A program made the translations under genes and the position numbers. A stretch of 64,000 nucleotides of DNA, from positions 32,885 through 96,884 of IMG/VR virus record IMGVR_UViG_3300005613_000020. The stretch is one strand, 5' to 3'. Numbering within the stretch: position 1 is the stretch's first letter; each line of letters opens with the position of its first letter. This DNA is from a virus. A model generated the notes under the pieces. The model was not told the DNA's origin, did not search any database, and saw nothing but the letters and a program-made list of their open reading frames with translations. Below are positions 55,065-64,000 of the stretch, in pieces.

Positions 55065-55119
55065 ACATAAGGTCAAATTAACCCTCCGCTTGCGGTCGGA
55101 CTTCAATTAGTTTTTATGG
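55065..55119 (-). mobile_element. attC-like site 2 (degenerate)
   Basis: CCATAAA-AACT-AATTGAA...CCGCAAGCGG...TTAATT-TGAC-CTTATGT; L boxes pair with one extrahelical base. Confidence 0.55.
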
Positions 55120-55313
55120 AAAAGGGGCAATTGTGAGCTTCGCCTTTACATAAGTCTGGTCTTACATATCCCTAGCCAATTTGGGATGACAGCCTATACT
55201 GTCTAGGATTTTCCCCTCGCTCAGTATCACAGGCGGATACAACTTTCTCTAGACATCACCCTATCGATGTTGGCATCCTGTGATCTCCTCATCCTATGCC
55301 CCTTTCTCCATAA
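55114..55313 (-). ncRNA. Candidate structured non-coding RNA (ORF-less cassette)
   Basis: 16-17 nt terminal inverted repeat and several internal stems; no substantial ORF. Strand assumed from surrounding genes. Confidence 0.5.
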
Positions 55314-55347
55314 CGTTTAAGTTCAGCCGCCATTCTTATTGTTATAT
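55308..55347 (-). mobile_element. attC-like site 1 (left arm shortened)
   Basis: ATATAAC at stop of 55347 ORF...GGCGGCTGAACTTAAAC-GTTATGG. Confidence 0.5.
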
Positions 55348-55583
55348 TATACCTTATTTTCAATTACATATCCTAAAAAATCTGCTATCCCATACCCAGA
55401 TTTACAACTGGAATGGGGTTCTATTATTCTTGGTGGCATTCCAATATTAAGTCTTGCTAATTTATTCTCTGACCCAAGGGAAATATATACCAAACACGTT
55501 TTAGCTATATCCTCGCATGTTTCTCCGCTTGTATATACTTCTCCGCATAACCTACATTTATATTTAAATTTAGCTATTTTCAT
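55347..55583 (-). CDS. Small Zn-binding hypothetical protein
   Basis: YKCRLCG...HxxC..GYGIADFLG. Confidence 0.7.
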   Translation of the reverse strand: MKIAKFKYKCRLCGEVYTSGETCEDIAKTCLVYISLGSENKLARLNIGMPPRIIEPHSSCKSGYGIADFLGYVIENKV

Positions 55584-56054
55584 CTACATATTCCTCTCTT
55601 CTACTACTACCTGTCTTCTAGACAACTCTCTAGATAGTGCTACTATTTGTAATTCGTATATCTTAGAAAATCTATCCATCATTGAAACTTCAGCTCCCAT
55701 CCTATCCATCAACGATTTAAGAGTAAATAAGTCTGGATTTGCCGCATAAGCTTCGGATAACAACGCATTTTGGGTCTTTGACTTCTTCTCTAGTGGAACT
55801 GATGTCTTTCTCAACTCGTCTTCATATAAAGACTTTACTCCAGTATATCTTGTCTCTGCTATTGCTAGCTGGTACATAACATATCCTCTATACGCTGTTA
55901 ACTTCATCATGTATTTTCCAAGATCATCAATACTAAGAATAGTAGGATCTGTCGGAAAATCTATCTCTTCCCCAAATTCCTTTGGTCGCTTAAGGTTAAT
56001 TGCTGATTTATGAGCTTCTATAATATCATCAAATGGATATCCTACATCAGACAT
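55584..56054 (-). CDS. Coiled-coil protein, possible UvsY-like recombination mediator
   Basis: Helical; ends ALSRELSRR; near RecA and exonuclease. Confidence 0.55.
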   Translation of the reverse strand: MSDVGYPFDDIIEAHKSAINLKRPKEFGEEIDFPTDPTILSIDDLGKYMMKLTAYRGYVMYQLAIAETRYTGVKSLYEDELRKTSVPLEKKSKTQNALLSEAYAANPDLFTLKSLMDRMGAEVSMMDRFSKIYELQIVALSRELSRRQVVVEERNM

Positions 56055-56916
56055 TCGGCATTACCACCTTTCCAATACTAGCCCTCTCACAAGCACTTGA
56101 ATAGTAACATCTGCTTATTGTACATGGACTACACTTTGTTGGAATTTGACCAGACTTTATGCACTTCAGTACATAATTCATCTTCTTGAATATCTTGTCT
56201 AACAACTTCTTACTTTCGTATCTACCCCCCTCTGAAGACTCTGAAATAACATTTCCTTCATCGTCAAGTGTAACCAAAAAATATAAGTCGCCCTGATTAT
56301 CCTTACACTCATAAATCAACCATCCTTCTTTCATCTCTAGTGCATACATATACAAAACTAGTTGTTCTAAGTGCTCTTGTTTTGGACCGTCTTTTCTGAT
56401 AGATCTGTATCCATTTGCGTTTATTGATTTGATTTCTCCTACATATAGAATCCCATCTATATCAATAATTGAATCAAGTCTTCCTTTCATAGGTGGATTG
56501 TCTATTGAAACCTGCTTCTCTGATGATGTTTGTAAACCAGCTTCTTCCATCTCTGTCTGTAACCTCTCATGAACATAATCACCGTTTTCCATCCTAGTAA
56601 GTCCTAGAACATCTGGGGGTCCAGTAAGATTCAGAGACATCAAATAGAGTACCCTAGCCTGATACCCACAAGCACTAGCTGCAAAGTACTTGAATTCGCT
56701 AGCCTTTCTAACTGGTCTTGTCCTTTTCTTTATCTTCTTCTCTCTATACTTGTGAATTGCATCTTTCAAAATAGTTGCTCTTCCTACTATCTCTTTATCA
56801 TCTATTTCTTTTTTTACGCCCTTTGGCTTTGATTTCTTTCTCATGATAGACGGTTTTATTTTCATTGTAGTAGGCTTTTTCTTGTACGTCTGTAGCAATC
56901 CAGTCAACTCGTTCAT
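56047..56916 (-). CDS. Cas4-like PD-(D/E)XK exonuclease
   Basis: GDYVHE, GRLD, EIKS, QLVLYM, C-terminal Cys cluster. Confidence 0.8.
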   Translation of the reverse strand: MNELTGLLQTYKKKPTTMKIKPSIMRKKSKPKGVKKEIDDKEIVGRATILKDAIHKYREKKIKKRTRPVRKASEFKYFAASACGYQARVLYLMSLNLTGPPDVLGLTRMENGDYVHERLQTEMEEAGLQTSSEKQVSIDNPPMKGRLDSIIDIDGILYVGEIKSINANGYRSIRKDGPKQEHLEQLVLYMYALEMKEGWLIYECKDNQGDLYFLVTLDDEGNVISESSEGGRYESKKLLDKIFKKMNYVLKCIKSGQIPTKCSPCTISRCYYSSACERASIGKVVMPNV

Positions 56917-57260
56917 AGTACCCCCTTAGTTCTAGGCATAAATCCGCCTCTTCTTACTTCAGCCGACTCATACCAATGCTCTATAAATCCTAATATCTTC
57001 TGTGTCACTTCTTCCTTGTTCTTCATCTCGGTATCGTATATTCGTAGTATGGGTATGTTGTACTTCTGCATTATGAAATTATCTCTTTTTCTATCTCGAC
57101 CCTTCATATGAGTAACCTTTGAATCAGCTTCAAATCCTATGTGACAATCATACTCATAACAGTCTAGAGAATAGGGCTCTACCTGAACCTCAGTCTCTAC
57201 CATCAATCCTATTTCATTCAGTATCTCTACAAGCTTCTTGTGATTCTTTGATATCATCAT
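56913..57260 (-). CDS. Vsr/DUF559-like endonuclease
   Basis: YSLDCY, EAD...H, DRKRD, ILRI. Confidence 0.75.
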   Translation of the reverse strand: MMISKNHKKLVEILNEIGLMVETEVQVEPYSLDCYEYDCHIGFEADSKVTHMKGRDRKRDNFIMQKYNIPILRIYDTEMKNKEEVTQKILGFIEHWYESAEVRRGGFMPRTKGVL

Positions 57261-58228
57261 TCTGATTCGGCTACCTCTTTTGACAATTTCTTGAAACTCT
57301 TTTCGTTGTCTAGAAAGTAATCCTCTACGGCTTGTCTTCCAAGCATCTTTCCGTTTGGAAAATCCTCAAACTGATAGTATGGACCCTTCTGAGTTATGAT
57401 ACCTAGATCAATAGCTCGTAGTATCGTCGATAGTATCAGATCCAACTTACCAGAAAACAGAAATGGTATCTCTGTCATAAGCTGAGGTCTATGAGTCTTA
57501 TTCTTCTCTGTAAACATCCTCATGTGGAATCCTAGCTTGTTCTTGTCTTTGTCCTTGATAAACGGACCCTTACTAACCCACAAAATGATTCCCGCAAAAT
57601 GTCTAAGACCTCTACCTCCAGGTTGGTTCTTTCCAGTCATTCCAGCCCACATTCCTATAGAATCTCTTTGCTGGTTTATCAGAAGTACGATGGTATCTCC
57701 TGTTATTTCTTGGGTTATCTTCCTAAGACCTTGATTTATCAACCTTGCCTGAGTACCTACCTGCTTCTGCTCCATATCAGCATCTTTCTCAGATAGTGGT
57801 AGAAGACCCGCTAAACTATCTACAACAACTAATCCAGTTCGTGCCTTTATCAACTCAACAGCTACATCAATTGCTTCTTCTCCAGATGATGTATCTGAAT
57901 AAATAAGATTTTCTGTATCTACTCCTATATTATTAGCCCACACAGGATCAAATGAATGCTCTACATCTATCAATGCTGTGGTCAATCCTGCTCTCTGAGC
58001 AGATGCTATTACTAACTGTGACAGGAATGACTTTCCTCCTGATTCCTCTCCAGAGAAACACGTTATTCGTCTAAAAGGCAATCCTCCACCAAGTATTTCA
58101 TCAAGAGGAGGAACCTCTGTTCTAAGACGCTTTATGATAAGTTCTTCGTCTGATCCTGCCATCATCCTAGCTGATTTAACAGCCTTAGAAACATGATTCA
58201 TTATGTCTTGCATATCGCTATCTGTCAT
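57257..58228 (-). CDS. recA: RecA recombinase
   Basis: LGGGLP, GEESGGKS, IDVEH, VVVDSLA, QARL, INQQR, PGGRGLRH; start taken at MTDSD. Confidence 0.92.
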   Translation of the reverse strand: MTDSDMQDIMNHVSKAVKSARMMAGSDEELIIKRLRTEVPPLDEILGGGLPFRRITCFSGEESGGKSFLSQLVIASAQRAGLTTALIDVEHSFDPVWANNIGVDTENLIYSDTSSGEEAIDVAVELIKARTGLVVVDSLAGLLPLSEKDADMEQKQVGTQARLINQGLRKITQEITGDTIVLLINQQRDSIGMWAGMTGKNQPGGRGLRHFAGIILWVSKGPFIKDKDKNKLGFHMRMFTEKNKTHRPQLMTEIPFLFSGKLDLILSTILRAIDLGIITQKGPYYQFEDFPNGKMLGRQAVEDYFLDNEKSFKKLSKEVAESE

Positions 58229-58460
58229 TTGCCATTTCCTCTTTCGCCTTGGCGATAGCTGCGCGAGCAATATGCACCATTCCTTCTGGATTAGTATAGT
58301 CAGGCTTATTTGTTATCTGCTCCAATGCCTTAACCAGCTCATTTATGAGAGATTGCTTCTCTTCACACCATTGGCAATATGGGATACTATCTTGGTCCAT
58401 CATTGAATCAAACATGCTATGTTTCATAAATCCTCCTAATCTGCCTTCTTTCCTACCCAT
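58218..58460 (-). CDS. Small hypothetical protein
   Basis: GGAGG before MKHSM; ARAAIAKAK motif. Confidence 0.6.
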   Translation of the reverse strand: MGRKEGRLGGFMKHSMFDSMMDQDSIPYCQWCEEKQSLINELVKALEQITNKPDYTNPEGMVHIARAAIAKAKEEMANDR

Positions 58461-60832
58461 CTTTGATCAACCTCTACATCAGGATTAAGCACGAGTCCGT
58501 CCAATTCCTTGATAGGCTTCTTCATTTCAGACAGTATGATCTCTTTTGCTTCCTCTACGCAATCATCTGACACTTCAGCTAAGATAGCATCATGATGTGT
58601 AAACAACACATTAGCGTCCATATTTTTAAACCGATTATCTATATCAATCAACGAAAAATGTAATTTGTCTGAAGTACTTCCTTGAACCCTAGCATTAACT
58701 GCTTGTCTAAGCATTTCCCTAACTTGTGGCATCTTCATATTTGCGTTATCAGGAAAATCAAAATGTCTCCTTCTTCCAAAACAATTCTCTACATACGTAT
58801 TTTGTAAGCAATACATCCTAGTCTCATTAATCCATTGACTGTACTTACGAAACTCCAAAAAGTAGTTCCTTATAATATCCTTAGCCTCTTGTACGCTACA
58901 TTTCAACTCGTCAGATAATCCAAATTCTGTCATACCATACGCGATACCGAAGTTTACTTTCTTTGCTCTTCTTCTATACTCTGGATCTGCTACCTCTCGT
59001 TTCTTCTTTTCATCCCAGTGAGTTGGTGAATTCAAAACTGTTCTAGCAACTACATCATGCAAGTCTTCTGATACAGCTTCCTTGAATACCTCATCATTTG
59101 AGTAATATGCAGCTACCCACAATTCCGCCTGAGAGTAATCAGCAGCTATTATCTTGTATCCAGGAGGTGCAAAAATAAGACCTCTCATAAATTCCGTGTC
59201 AGGCATGTTCTGCAAGGTAGGATCTCCATAAGTAACCCTTCCTGTAGTTGCTCCATTAATACGCGCTATAGGATGAACTCTATTGTTGGAATCTAGAAAC
59301 TGATACAATCCTGTTGTGTCATCTCCTAAGAAGGATAGCTCTTTTTCTTTTTTCTTGAAAGCCTTCAAGTCAACTATCATTAAATGTTCTATACTATCTT
59401 TCTTTGTTCTACTAAGAAGCTCTGTTAGCACATCTGATGTTACCTGCGGAACCCCCTTTGGTGTCTTGCTTATTACTGGAAGACCCATATCTGAAAATAA
59501 CTCCTTACTAAGTTGCGACGTAGACCTAATATTAATATCAGGATCTTCCATACGTTCTTTTATTACAGACTCTAACTCCAAATTTTCCTGTACTGTCATC
59601 TCATATGCTTCTTCTAGCCTATCTGTATCAATCAGTACTCCACGTAGCTCTGCTTCTAGAAACACTCTTATCAATGGTTCAGTAAACTTCCAATAGAACT
59701 TGTCTAAACCTTCTAACGCTACCTGCCTATACATCTCCCTACCAACCCTACTTGTAGCATCTACATCTCTTGCAAGATAACTCCACAATAAATCAGGATC
59801 AACTGTTGAAAATCCAAACTTCTTCTCGTTCCTTGGTATCTTGTCAGTAAAATCATCCTTGTATGGAGTCATGTTCGTGTACTTCTTTGTTGCAAAGTCT
59901 AAACTGTGTGGTTCGTCCTCATGAACCAAGTGATGTAATAGACTCGTATCTAAAATTCTTCCTTTAAGTTCAAACCCAAACTTGTGTTTTAGGAACCTCA
60001 TATCAAACTTTATATTTGCGCCAATCCATGTATACTCATTACTAAATATTCTTTCTAAACCGTCCATTATTGTTTTTGTGTCTTCTTCGTTCCATGTTTG
60101 GCAACAATGCTTACCAAGTAATGGAACTACGTACCCTGTTCTTGGCTTTGGAGAAAATCCAATCGCTAAAACTTCACTAGTAATCCAACTAAATCCTGAT
60201 GTTTCTAAGTCAACAGATACTATCTTTGTGCTATCTAGCTGTTCTTCTATCCATTGAATGTCATCAGGAAATATAACTTTGTAGTCTGTGTCTTCAGCCT
60301 CTCGTTCTCCGTTCACATATACAGCTGCGCTATTAAAATCGTCTAGTGCTTTGCCGTACAACTTCTGATCTCTCAATATTGCCGCCGGGTGTATCGTTGA
60401 AATTAGTGGTACATCAGGAAATTCAGACCAAGACTCTTGTAGTCCGTGCTTCTTTGTTATACCTCCCTCAATTCCAGTAGAAGCATAAAAAGCATAGTTA
60501 CCAAGAGATATTATCACCTTTGGGTTAAGCCCCTCAATCTTCTTCTTGACGTTATCCATGCAGCAATCAACGTATGGGTAATCGGCCTTTTTCGACTTTG
60601 GCCGACACCCCAATACGTTTACTATATAACAATCATCTCGTGAAAGACCAGCCTTCTCTAGTATCTCGTGCAACAAGTGTCCAGCCCTTCCTATGAATGG
60701 AACTCCTTCTTTCTCCTCATTATATCCAGGACTCTCACCAAGTATGAGGATAGGAGCATTTACATCTCCATGTCCAGGCATGTTGTTTATGTTCGATTCA
60801 GTATTAAGCGGACACTTAAAGCACTTTGACAT
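58436..60832 (-). CDS. polA: Family A DNA polymerase with N-terminal family-4 uracil-DNA glycosylase domain and 3'-5' exonuclease
   Basis: CxxC, GESPG, PFIGRAG, CRP, HPAA (UDG4); DLET, NIKFD, YLARD (exo); DYSQAE, AKKVNFGIAYG, HD (Pol motifs A, B, C). Confidence 0.95.
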   Translation of the reverse strand: MSKCFKCPLNTESNINNMPGHGDVNAPILILGESPGYNEEKEGVPFIGRAGHLLHEILEKAGLSRDDCYIVNVLGCRPKSKKADYPYVDCCMDNVKKKIEGLNPKVIISLGNYAFYASTGIEGGITKKHGLQESWSEFPDVPLISTIHPAAILRDQKLYGKALDDFNSAAVYVNGEREAEDTDYKVIFPDDIQWIEEQLDSTKIVSVDLETSGFSWITSEVLAIGFSPKPRTGYVVPLLGKHCCQTWNEEDTKTIMDGLERIFSNEYTWIGANIKFDMRFLKHKFGFELKGRILDTSLLHHLVHEDEPHSLDFATKKYTNMTPYKDDFTDKIPRNEKKFGFSTVDPDLLWSYLARDVDATSRVGREMYRQVALEGLDKFYWKFTEPLIRVFLEAELRGVLIDTDRLEEAYEMTVQENLELESVIKERMEDPDINIRSTSQLSKELFSDMGLPVISKTPKGVPQVTSDVLTELLSRTKKDSIEHLMIVDLKAFKKKEKELSFLGDDTTGLYQFLDSNNRVHPIARINGATTGRVTYGDPTLQNMPDTEFMRGLIFAPPGYKIIAADYSQAELWVAAYYSNDEVFKEAVSEDLHDVVARTVLNSPTHWDEKKKREVADPEYRRRAKKVNFGIAYGMTEFGLSDELKCSVQEAKDIIRNYFLEFRKYSQWINETRMYCLQNTYVENCFGRRRHFDFPDNANMKMPQVREMLRQAVNARVQGSTSDKLHFSLIDIDNRFKNMDANVLFTHHDAILAEVSDDCVEEAKEIILSEMKKPIKELDGLVLNPDVEVDQRWVGKKAD

Positions 60833-60837
60833 ACCAT

Positions 60838-61443
60838 TTATCCTAACTTTGATCCTACCTCATCGTTTCCGTGGCTCTTTCTACATTGGAACACTTCAGA
60901 CATTGTGGGAAATTCTGCACCACAAATCTTACATGTAAACAATCTACCAGCAGCCTTCTTGCTTTCCTCAGCCTTCTTAGTAACCTTCTTGACTTTTTTG
61001 GGTTCTGGCTCTTTGGTTTCCTCCACCTTTTCTGGTTCAGGTTCAACTACCTCTTTCTTATCTACCTTTTTATATGTTTTCTTTGCAGTCTTCTTAGGTT
61101 TTGGTGTCTCTACTACTTGCCCTGGTTGATCAGAATGTTGTTTAAGATGTTGTATCACTACGTCCTTTATGTTTGCCTGTTCCTTCATAAGCTTCTCAAG
61201 CGTCTTATTGAATGATTCTCTCAACTCAGGAACTTCATCAGATATAAGAGTTACAACCTCTTCTTTTAGCTGATTTGATCCAGCCTCAAAGATAACGTGT
61301 ATTGCTTGCCCAGCTTCCTCAAGCTGTTTTCCCACATCTCCGTCTGTGTCGATACCTAATATACCTACCTCTGGCCTAATATATGACCTAGTAGAATCAT
61401 CTATTGGCAACGTCAAACCTATTCTTACGTCTATTTTTGGCAT
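60838..61443 (-). CDS. Hypothetical protein with K/E-rich linker and C-terminal Zn finger
   Basis: CKICG...CRKSH. Confidence 0.7.
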   Translation of the reverse strand: MPKIDVRIGLTLPIDDSTRSYIRPEVGILGIDTDGDVGKQLEEAGQAIHVIFEAGSNQLKEEVVTLISDEVPELRESFNKTLEKLMKEQANIKDVVIQHLKQHSDQPGQVVETPKPKKTAKKTYKKVDKKEVVEPEPEKVEETKEPEPKKVKKVTKKAEESKKAAGRLFTCKICGAEFPTMSEVFQCRKSHGNDEVGSKLG

Positions 61444-61449
61444 AATATA

Positions 61450-62301
61450 CTATCCCTCCATTAACTGTTTTAAAAGCTTATCTGTTCCAACAGGAGTATC
61501 TTCAAGTTCTTCCTCTTCATCAACGTCTTCTTTCTCCTCTACAGCAGCTTCTTCTGGTTCTTGGTCATTGTCCTTCTTTGATGAAGCCTCTTTCTTACGC
61601 TTATTCAATTCCTCTTGAGCTTTGGATAATTCACTATCCCAATCTGGGTCCTTCTCTTCCTTGACCTCATCATTTCCAGGAGCTTTAGGCCAAGTCTCAC
61701 ATACATCCTCAAGAGCATAAGGAATTTCAGCTTCAGTATACTCAAAGTCGCTTGGAGCTTCCGGCAATAACTCATAGTTTGTGTTTTCCATCTTTGCACC
61801 CGACCTTATCCAAGTGTAATCCCTGTCCATAAGGCTTCCGTAGGTCTGATACAAAGTCATAAGCTTATTCGTAAGGTACTTGCCCTTACCAGGACCCATA
61901 CGTAGAACACGAACATCGTTAACTGATTGCTTGTAATAAGTCTTTTCGCCTACCTTTACAATTTCAATCTTATCCAAGTCAATATTATCTCCTTCAGGAA
62001 TGCTCGTCTTAAGGATATGGTAAACATAAACCCAAGCGTGCCACTTTAGGTTCTTCTTATTCTGCTGGACGCACAATTCACAATCTTCGCCTAGCATTGA
62101 CCTACAAAAAACTTCTTTTCGATATGTCTTCTCTGGTATAGGAACACTGTGGTATAAAGCCCTTACAACTTCATCCCCTTCAGTCAAAAACCTGATCTTA
62201 GCTCTCTCTCCATCCTTTAGTCTAAGAGATTTAATCCAATTTGATCCCCCATAATCTTCCCCACCTACATTCAACCCGTACATAAAACCCTTTTTCGCCA
62301 T
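61450..62301 (-). CDS. Single-stranded DNA-binding protein (gp32-like)
   Basis: LKDGERAKIRFL, H/C/C/C Zn site, RSG...TNY, acidic tail. Confidence 0.75.
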   Translation of the reverse strand: MAKKGFMYGLNVGGEDYGGSNWIKSLRLKDGERAKIRFLTEGDEVVRALYHSVPIPEKTYRKEVFCRSMLGEDCELCVQQNKKNLKWHAWVYVYHILKTSIPEGDNIDLDKIEIVKVGEKTYYKQSVNDVRVLRMGPGKGKYLTNKLMTLYQTYGSLMDRDYTWIRSGAKMENTNYELLPEAPSDFEYTEAEIPYALEDVCETWPKAPGNDEVKEEKDPDWDSELSKAQEELNKRKKEASSKKDNDQEPEEAAVEEKEDVDEEEELEDTPVGTDKLLKQLMEG

Positions 62302-62317
62302 TACAATACCTCCTATA

Positions 62318-62809
62318 TTATGATCCTTCTAGTAAGAACTTGCACTTTTGTCTAAGATTATCTCTAATATAGTAATATTCTCGTTGTGATAATCCTAGAT
62401 CCTTTTCTATCTCATGTCTGTACCTTCCTTCTACTAACAACTCAGCATATCTAATCTCCGTCTCGCTAAGATTCCCTATAGGTAAAACATGCTCTAAACT
62501 ACTATCATCGTAATCCTCATAACATGATGTAAGATACACTAGTTCAGGTATATCAAAAACAAGCCTATTGAATTTCACTGCTCTACTATCTAATAGATTA
62601 ATTGCTCTATTAACAATAGACCTATGCAAATAGGTGTTAAAAGACACTCCCTTTTTCTCGTCGTACTTTTCCGAAGCATTCAATACAACAATACGCATTT
62701 CCTGATAAATATCCTCAAAGTCCATTCCTGATATGTGGTATTTTCTACACATGTCTCTAATCTTTTTATCCCATTTGTTAAGTATTTCCATCTTCTGATT
62801 CTCTGTCAT
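62318..62809 (-). CDS. Sigma-70 family RNA polymerase sigma factor
   Basis: EDIYQE, YDEKKGVSFNTY (region 2); LSETE...EIEKDLGLS (region 4). Confidence 0.85.
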   Translation of the reverse strand: MTENQKMEILNKWDKKIRDMCRKYHISGMDFEDIYQEMRIVVLNASEKYDEKKGVSFNTYLHRSIVNRAINLLDSRAVKFNRLVFDIPELVYLTSCYEDYDDSSLEHVLPIGNLSETEIRYAELLVEGRYRHEIEKDLGLSQREYYYIRDNLRQKCKFLLEGS

Positions 62810-63050
62810 CTTTTCTTTCCTTTTCTTTTGTCTCTTCGACTTTACCTACTACAAACTCATCCCAAAGATTTATGCATCGTTCAACTCTTTCACATTTGTC
62901 ACACCTATCGTTTGCTCGAAAAAAAGAACACTCATCAAGTAATTTGCATAAACGTTCCCACGCTTCAATTGATATTGGAGATAATTTTACTGTTTTCTTC
63001 ATGTAATCCTCGCTGAAAGATAGGACATACTGTTCGTTAAAACTTTGCAC
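62778..63050 (-). CDS. Small Cys-containing hypothetical protein
   Basis: Probable start MKKTV (ATGA overlap with primase stop). Confidence 0.55.
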   Translation of the reverse strand: MQSFNEQYVLSFSEDYMKKTVKLSPISIEAWERLCKLLDECSFFRANDRCDKCERVERCINLWDEFVVGKVEETKEKERKDDRESEDGNT

Positions 63051-63796
63051 AACTCCTCCTTATTACATTCTTGAACGTCGTTCTTTTCTTTTGGCAAAAC
63101 TACCGTATCCACTCTTGCTCTATCCTTCAATAAATTAAATGCCCTCTTTGCAGCCTTCTTCCCAGCTTCGTCATTATCAAAACATAAAGTAACTTGTCTT
63201 GAAATATTTAGTATCATTGAAGCCTGTTTATCGCTCATATGAGAACCTAAAATTGAAACTGTGGACGTGAATCCATTCTGATGCATCCACACAGCATCTA
63301 AAGCTCCTTCTGTAACGTAAATACACTCTGATGAAATAGGACACTTATGTATACCAAACAAAACCTCCGAGATCTTTAACCCATAACTGTATTTGTATTT
63401 TGGATCTTCATCTATCGTTGTTCTTCCTATTGTTCCCCAAACATGGCCAGACCTATCTATAATCGGAATCATTACCCTATGTTTCTCTGGATCAAAAGAA
63501 ATAAAAAATGAAGCTATTGTTTCTTTTGTATATCCTCTTTTCTTCATGTAATTCATTCCAGGATCATTTACAGCTCTAGCAGATACTGTCTCATCTCCGC
63601 TTCCTACATTTCCACATAATGTAGGTTTTCCGAACCTTGATACCAAATCAGTTGCCCTTCCCCTCTTCTCACAACCAAAGCAATAGTACACATCTTTTTT
63701 CAAATTCATACTTAACGATGGATTTTTGTCTACATGACTAGGAAATGGACATAAGCACAAAAGCTCGTCTCCGCTAATACTTACTACTTCAATCAT
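62999..63796 (-). CDS. dnaG: DNA primase (CHC2 Zn finger + TOPRIM)
   Basis: CPFPSH..YYCFGC, PKY, VTEGALD, FDNDEAG. Confidence 0.9.
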   Translation of the reverse strand: MIEVVSISGDELLCLCPFPSHVDKNPSLSMNLKKDVYYCFGCEKRGRATDLVSRFGKPTLCGNVGSGDETVSARAVNDPGMNYMKKRGYTKETIASFFISFDPEKHRVMIPIIDRSGHVWGTIGRTTIDEDPKYKYSYGLKISEVLFGIHKCPISSECIYVTEGALDAVWMHQNGFTSTVSILGSHMSDKQASMILNISRQVTLCFDNDEAGKKAAKRAFNLLKDRARVDTVVLPKEKNDVQECNKEELCKVLTNSMSYLSARIT

Positions 63797-64000
63797 ATAG
63801 CGGTCCTAACTAGTACTCCTGCATCCCTAAAAAGTTTAGAAGAAGAAATATACTTGTCGTACTCATATAATTGCTTGCAAACTACTTCTATTACTCCTGC
63901 ATTGATTATGTATCCCGCGCATGTTTTGCACGGAATCGGGCAAGAGCAATACAAGGTAGACCCCTCTACTGATACTCCAGCTCTAGATGCTGTAACAATA
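63793..64000 (-). CDS. dCMP deaminase, C-terminal fragment (runs off window)
   Basis: Manual translation ...GVSVEGSTLYCSCPIPCKTCAGYIINAGVIEVV; PCxxC motif; TGA overlaps primase ATG. Confidence 0.85.
   Translation of the reverse strand, partial: IVTASRAGVSVEGSTLYCSCPIPCKTCAGYIINAGVIEVVCKQLYEYDKYISSSKLFRDAGVLVRTAI

Noticed and set aside
55114-55313. tRNA, tmRNA or cobalamin riboswitch identity for the structured element
   Set aside because: GGGGC/GCCCC ends resemble an acceptor stem but there is no TTCGA T-loop or CCA end; no B12-box recognised; left unassigned
56047-56916. Cas4-like nuclease as sign of a CRISPR-Cas system
   Set aside because: No repeat-spacer array or other cas genes seen; context (RecA, SSB, RuvC) fits a phage recombination exonuclease
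41-63016. Numerous plus-strand ORFs of 60-160 aa
   Set aside because: They are antisense shadows of well-supported minus-strand genes and lack recognisable motifs
1-64000. Stop-codon reassignment
   Set aside because: Long intact genes in the standard code; TAA, TAG and TGA all end genes with tightly coupled downstream starts

Overview
A 64 kb segment of a tailed dsDNA phage (Caudoviricetes, siphovirus-type), moderately AT-rich. It uses the standard code, GGAGG Shine-Dalgarno motifs and sigma70-like promoters, so the host is bacterial. Essentially all real genes lie on the minus strand; plus-strand ORFs are shadows. In transcription order (right to left) there are four blocks. (1) Replication, recombination and nucleotide metabolism: dCMP deaminase fragment, DnaG primase, sigma factor, SSB, family-4 UDG-PolA fusion, RecA, Vsr-like and Cas4-like nucleases, P-loop kinase, RuvC, class II RNR, cytosine MTase. 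(2) Packaging and head: TerS, TerL, portal, MuF, trypsin-like protease, a 1243 aa HK97 prohead-protease polyprotein, scaffold, major capsid. (3) A ~17 kb block of fibre/appendage genes. (4) Neck and tail (tube, chaperone with -1 frameshift, short tape measure, hub), then small accessory genes. Most notable: (a) four inteins, all in head-assembly proteins, two abutting protease catalytic residues; (b) the prohead protease fused to NTase-like, SAM-MTase, ParB-like and Zn-finger cargo, sharing a PPGPPP...W...RRW module and recurrent hydrophobic-x-Lys junctions with a second modular protein, suggesting a protease-processed capsid cargo system; (c) three degenerate attC-like sites, one pair enclosing an ORF-less, highly structured ~200 nt cassette; (d) a structured leader with a covarying tandem RNA motif upstream of the capsid gene; (e) a repeated phage promoter motif. 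All family assignments come from motif recognition by eye, not database searches.
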